In this document: positions 61,301 to 64,000 of the stretch, piece after piece
Layout of the letters: each line of letters starts with the position of its first letter
Numbering within the stretch: position 1 is the first letter of the stretch
NCBI GenBank assembly: GCA_032718475.1
Contig: JAUCBJ010007002.1
Coordinates: 1-64,000, forward strand
Reading direction: 5' to 3'
DNA length: 64,000 nt
Source of the DNA: Nemertoderma westbladi
Lineage: Eukaryota > Animalia > Xenacoelomorpha
Position numbers and translations under genes: made by a program
Notes under the pieces: generated by a model
What the model was told of the DNA's origin: nothing
Database searches by the model: none
Seen by the model: only the letters and a program-made list of their open reading frames with translations

Positions 61301-64000
61301 CCTATACAATGTTCTGAAGGGGAGACTGACAGAGAGTAATCCAACAATAAAACATTTTGCAATAATGTTGGCATTAATGTAGCCAACACACTGTGTACTT
61401 AAGTCATTCAGCTTACATTAGCAGAGTGAGATACTTACATAGAATGCATTGTGAAGAGTAATTCAGCTGAGGCGATAATAGATTTCAAACTAAACCAACC
61501 AGTTAATATTTGCTTTGACAGAGTGTCCTAGGGCCTAAACAAACAGTATGGGTGTACAGAGTACAATAATCATGGCAACCTCATCGATTTATACTAAGCC
61601 TTGTGTAGAAATCCATTACATAAGCCATTTTTCATCACGACACCAGCTGTTATTGGTGTTATTTTACCATTGCGCCTATGGCGTTTTTTCGTTTATGTCT
61701 ATTTTTCGAGCCCAGAGGCTATGGACGGAGTAGCCGATCATGCCAGGGACCTTAGAATCGCGGTATCTAGCCGCTGTGAAAATTTCATCAAAATCGTTAG
61801 AGTAGTTTTGGCTGTAGATCAGCCAGCCAGCCAGTCAGCCACGAGCAATTCTTACAGTAATGAACCTCTCGGTTCCTAACTAGTGACGGGCCTAGCGGCC
61901 CGATAAGGAACCGACTTTTTATTTTAAATAAAAGAGACAACGAGAATTAGTATAGAACTAATAATTATCTAAAAATACAATCATATTTCATACAATAATT
62001 ATTAATAAATTCGATCCATTATTAGTTGCTCAATTCTAGAACAAAATCGACCTGCAACTAGTGAAGACCTCGTTTTGGAATTTCGAAACCACGCTGGTGC
62101 GATGCGCAATATCGTGTTTAGTTAATAAATTGAAAACTCCATCAATTCATGTGCAATCAGTAATAAGAAATCGCGATAAATGTAATTAAATAAAAATTAT
62201 TCTAGAAAAATTTCCTCAAAAAGTATGAAATCTTGGCATTGGTGACGCGAAACTAGGCTAGTGCGATTCAGGATATTGCGTTTAATATAAAAATCGAAAA
62301 CGCTATCGAATTCCGTAAAGGCGTTAATAAAATACTGCAACTTTTTTGAAATTTGTAAAATTCTAGAACTAGAAAAAAATAATTTTTGAACGGCGCTGTT
62401 TGGGGTTTCGAAACATGGATAGGCTGAAAGAGGACATCGAATTAAGTTGAAAAATGAAAACCCCATCGAATTTGGACAAAGCGTTCCGGAGTTATAGCGG
62501 ATCGAAAAAAATTGACCCCCCCCAGTCGCCAAAAATTTACAGTAATTTAAAATTTTGCAAAAAAAATTTTTTGCGTTATTTTTGATGGCGAATCGATTGG
62601 CAGTACTGGCTACGAAAAATTTTTTTTGAAATTTTTGGTCAGAAAAAAAAACATGGAAAAAGTATATTCATAAAAAGATTTGATGTCTTTGCCTTATGGT
62701 CAGAGAATGATCCAACTCTGTACTTGCCAATCGCTCAAATCCATTCAGCTGAATGGCACAGTAGAGTAAACTAAAGTAAATTCCCTATACAATGTTCTGA
62801 AGGGGAGACTGACAGAGAGTAATCCAACAATAAAACATTTTGCAATAATGTTGGCATTAATGTAGCCAACACACTGTGTACTTAAATCATTCAGCTTACA
62901 TTAGCAGAGTGAGATATTCCCATAGTATGCATTGGGAAGAGTAATTCAGCTGAGGCGATAATAGATTTCAAACTAAACCAACCAGTTAATATTTGCTTTG
63001 ACAGAGTGTCCTAGGGCCTAAACAAACAGTATGGGTGTACTGAGTACAATAATCTTGGCAACCTCATCGATTTATACTAAGCCTTGTGTAGAAATCCATT
63101 ACATAAGCCATTTTTCATCACGACACCAGCTGTTATTGGTGTTATTTTACCATTGCGCCTATGGCGTTTTTTCGTTTATGTCTATTTTTCAAGCCCACGG
63201 CTCATGGACGAAATAGCGGAACATACCAGGGACCTTAGAATCGCGGTATCTAGCCGCTGTGAAAATTTCATCAAAATCGTTAGAGTAGTTTTGGCTGTAG
63301 ATCAGTCAGCCAGCCAGTCAGTCAGCCACGAGCAATTCTTACAGTAATGAACCTCTCGGTTCCTAACTAGTGACGGGCCTAGCGGCCCGATAAGGAACCG
63401 ACTTTTTATTTTAATTTAAAAGAGACAACGAGAATTAGTATAGAACTAATAATTATGTAAAAATACAATCATATTTCATACAATAATTATTAATAAATTT
63501 GATCTATTATTATTTGCTCAATTCTAGAACAAAATCGACCTGCAACTAGTGAAGACCTCGTTTTGGAATTTCGAAACCACGCTGGTGCGATGCGCGATAT
63601 CGTGTTTAGTTAATAAATTGAAAACTCCATCAGTTCATGTGCAACCAGTAATAAGAAATCGCGATAAATGTAATTAAATAAAAATTATTCTAGAAAAATT
63701 TTCCTCAAAAAGTATGAAGTCTTGGCATTGGTGACGCGAAACTAGGCTAGTGAGATTCAGGATATTGCGTTTAATATAAAAATCGAAAACGCTATCGAAT
63801 TCCGTAAAGGCGTTAATAAAATACTGCAACTTTTTTGAAATTTGTAAAATTCTAGAACTAGGAAAAATTAATTTTTGAACGGCGCTGTTTGGGGTTTCCA
63901 AACATGGATAGGCTGAAAGAGGACATCGAATTAAGTTGAAAAATGAAAACCCCATCGAATTTGGACAAAGCGTTCCGGAGTTATAGCGGATCGAAAAAAA

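Larger units (their letters stand above)
51040..64000 (-). repeat. Tandem array of ~1.5-kb units, probably a head-to-tail non-autonomous Helitron/Helentron-type element
   Basis: Junction CTAGTGACGGGCCTAGCGGCCCG at 51271, 53166, 54671, 56167, 58252, 60049, 61880 and 63367. On the minus strand each unit ends with a GC hairpin plus CTAG, has subterminal inverted repeats AGGAACCGA/TCGGTTCCT, and has a (CTGG/CTGA)n microsatellite near its 5' end. Confidence 0.8.

Noticed and set aside
52933-63955. Recurring 60-180-aa ORFs in the 1.5-kb array
   Set aside because: Lengths vary with homopolymer indels between units and no domain is recognisable; they recur only because the DNA is repeated.

Overview
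Eukaryotic (probably invertebrate) heterochromatin-like window with no recognisable host gene. Positions 1-49.3 kb are a nested stack of transposons, most with readable ends and target-site duplications (TSDs). A DDE DNA transposon (Mutator-like/Kolobok-type ORF 47019-48881) appears to carry, in its 3' region, a CsRN1-clade Ty3/Gypsy element G (5306-46898, TSD ATGTC). G contains BEL/Pao element A1 (5748-42213, TSD AGTGA). A1 contains a second BEL/Pao family B (16271-34438, TSD ATAAA) and a TTAA piggyBac-like non-autonomous element (35675-37236). B contains A2, an internally deleted relative of A1 (19271-30785, TSD CCCAC). A third family-A copy (A0) runs off the left edge. Main finding: family A has no tRNA primer-binding site. 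In all three copies the 12 nt directly after the 5' LTR are the exact reverse complement of a 12-mer inside the same copy's LTR, and the two sites change together from copy to copy. This suggests Tf1-like self-priming in a BEL/Pao lineage, which also has a long Gag N-terminal extension and an extra unknown ORF after pol. To the right lie a ~660-bp palindrome with minimal type I hammerhead ribozymes and a tRNA-like centre (Penelope/retrozyme-like), a (GGCTC)n microsatellite, and a ~1.5-kb tandem array whose junctions look like head-to-tail Helitron/Helentron ends. All comparisons were made by eye, so mismatch counts are approximate.
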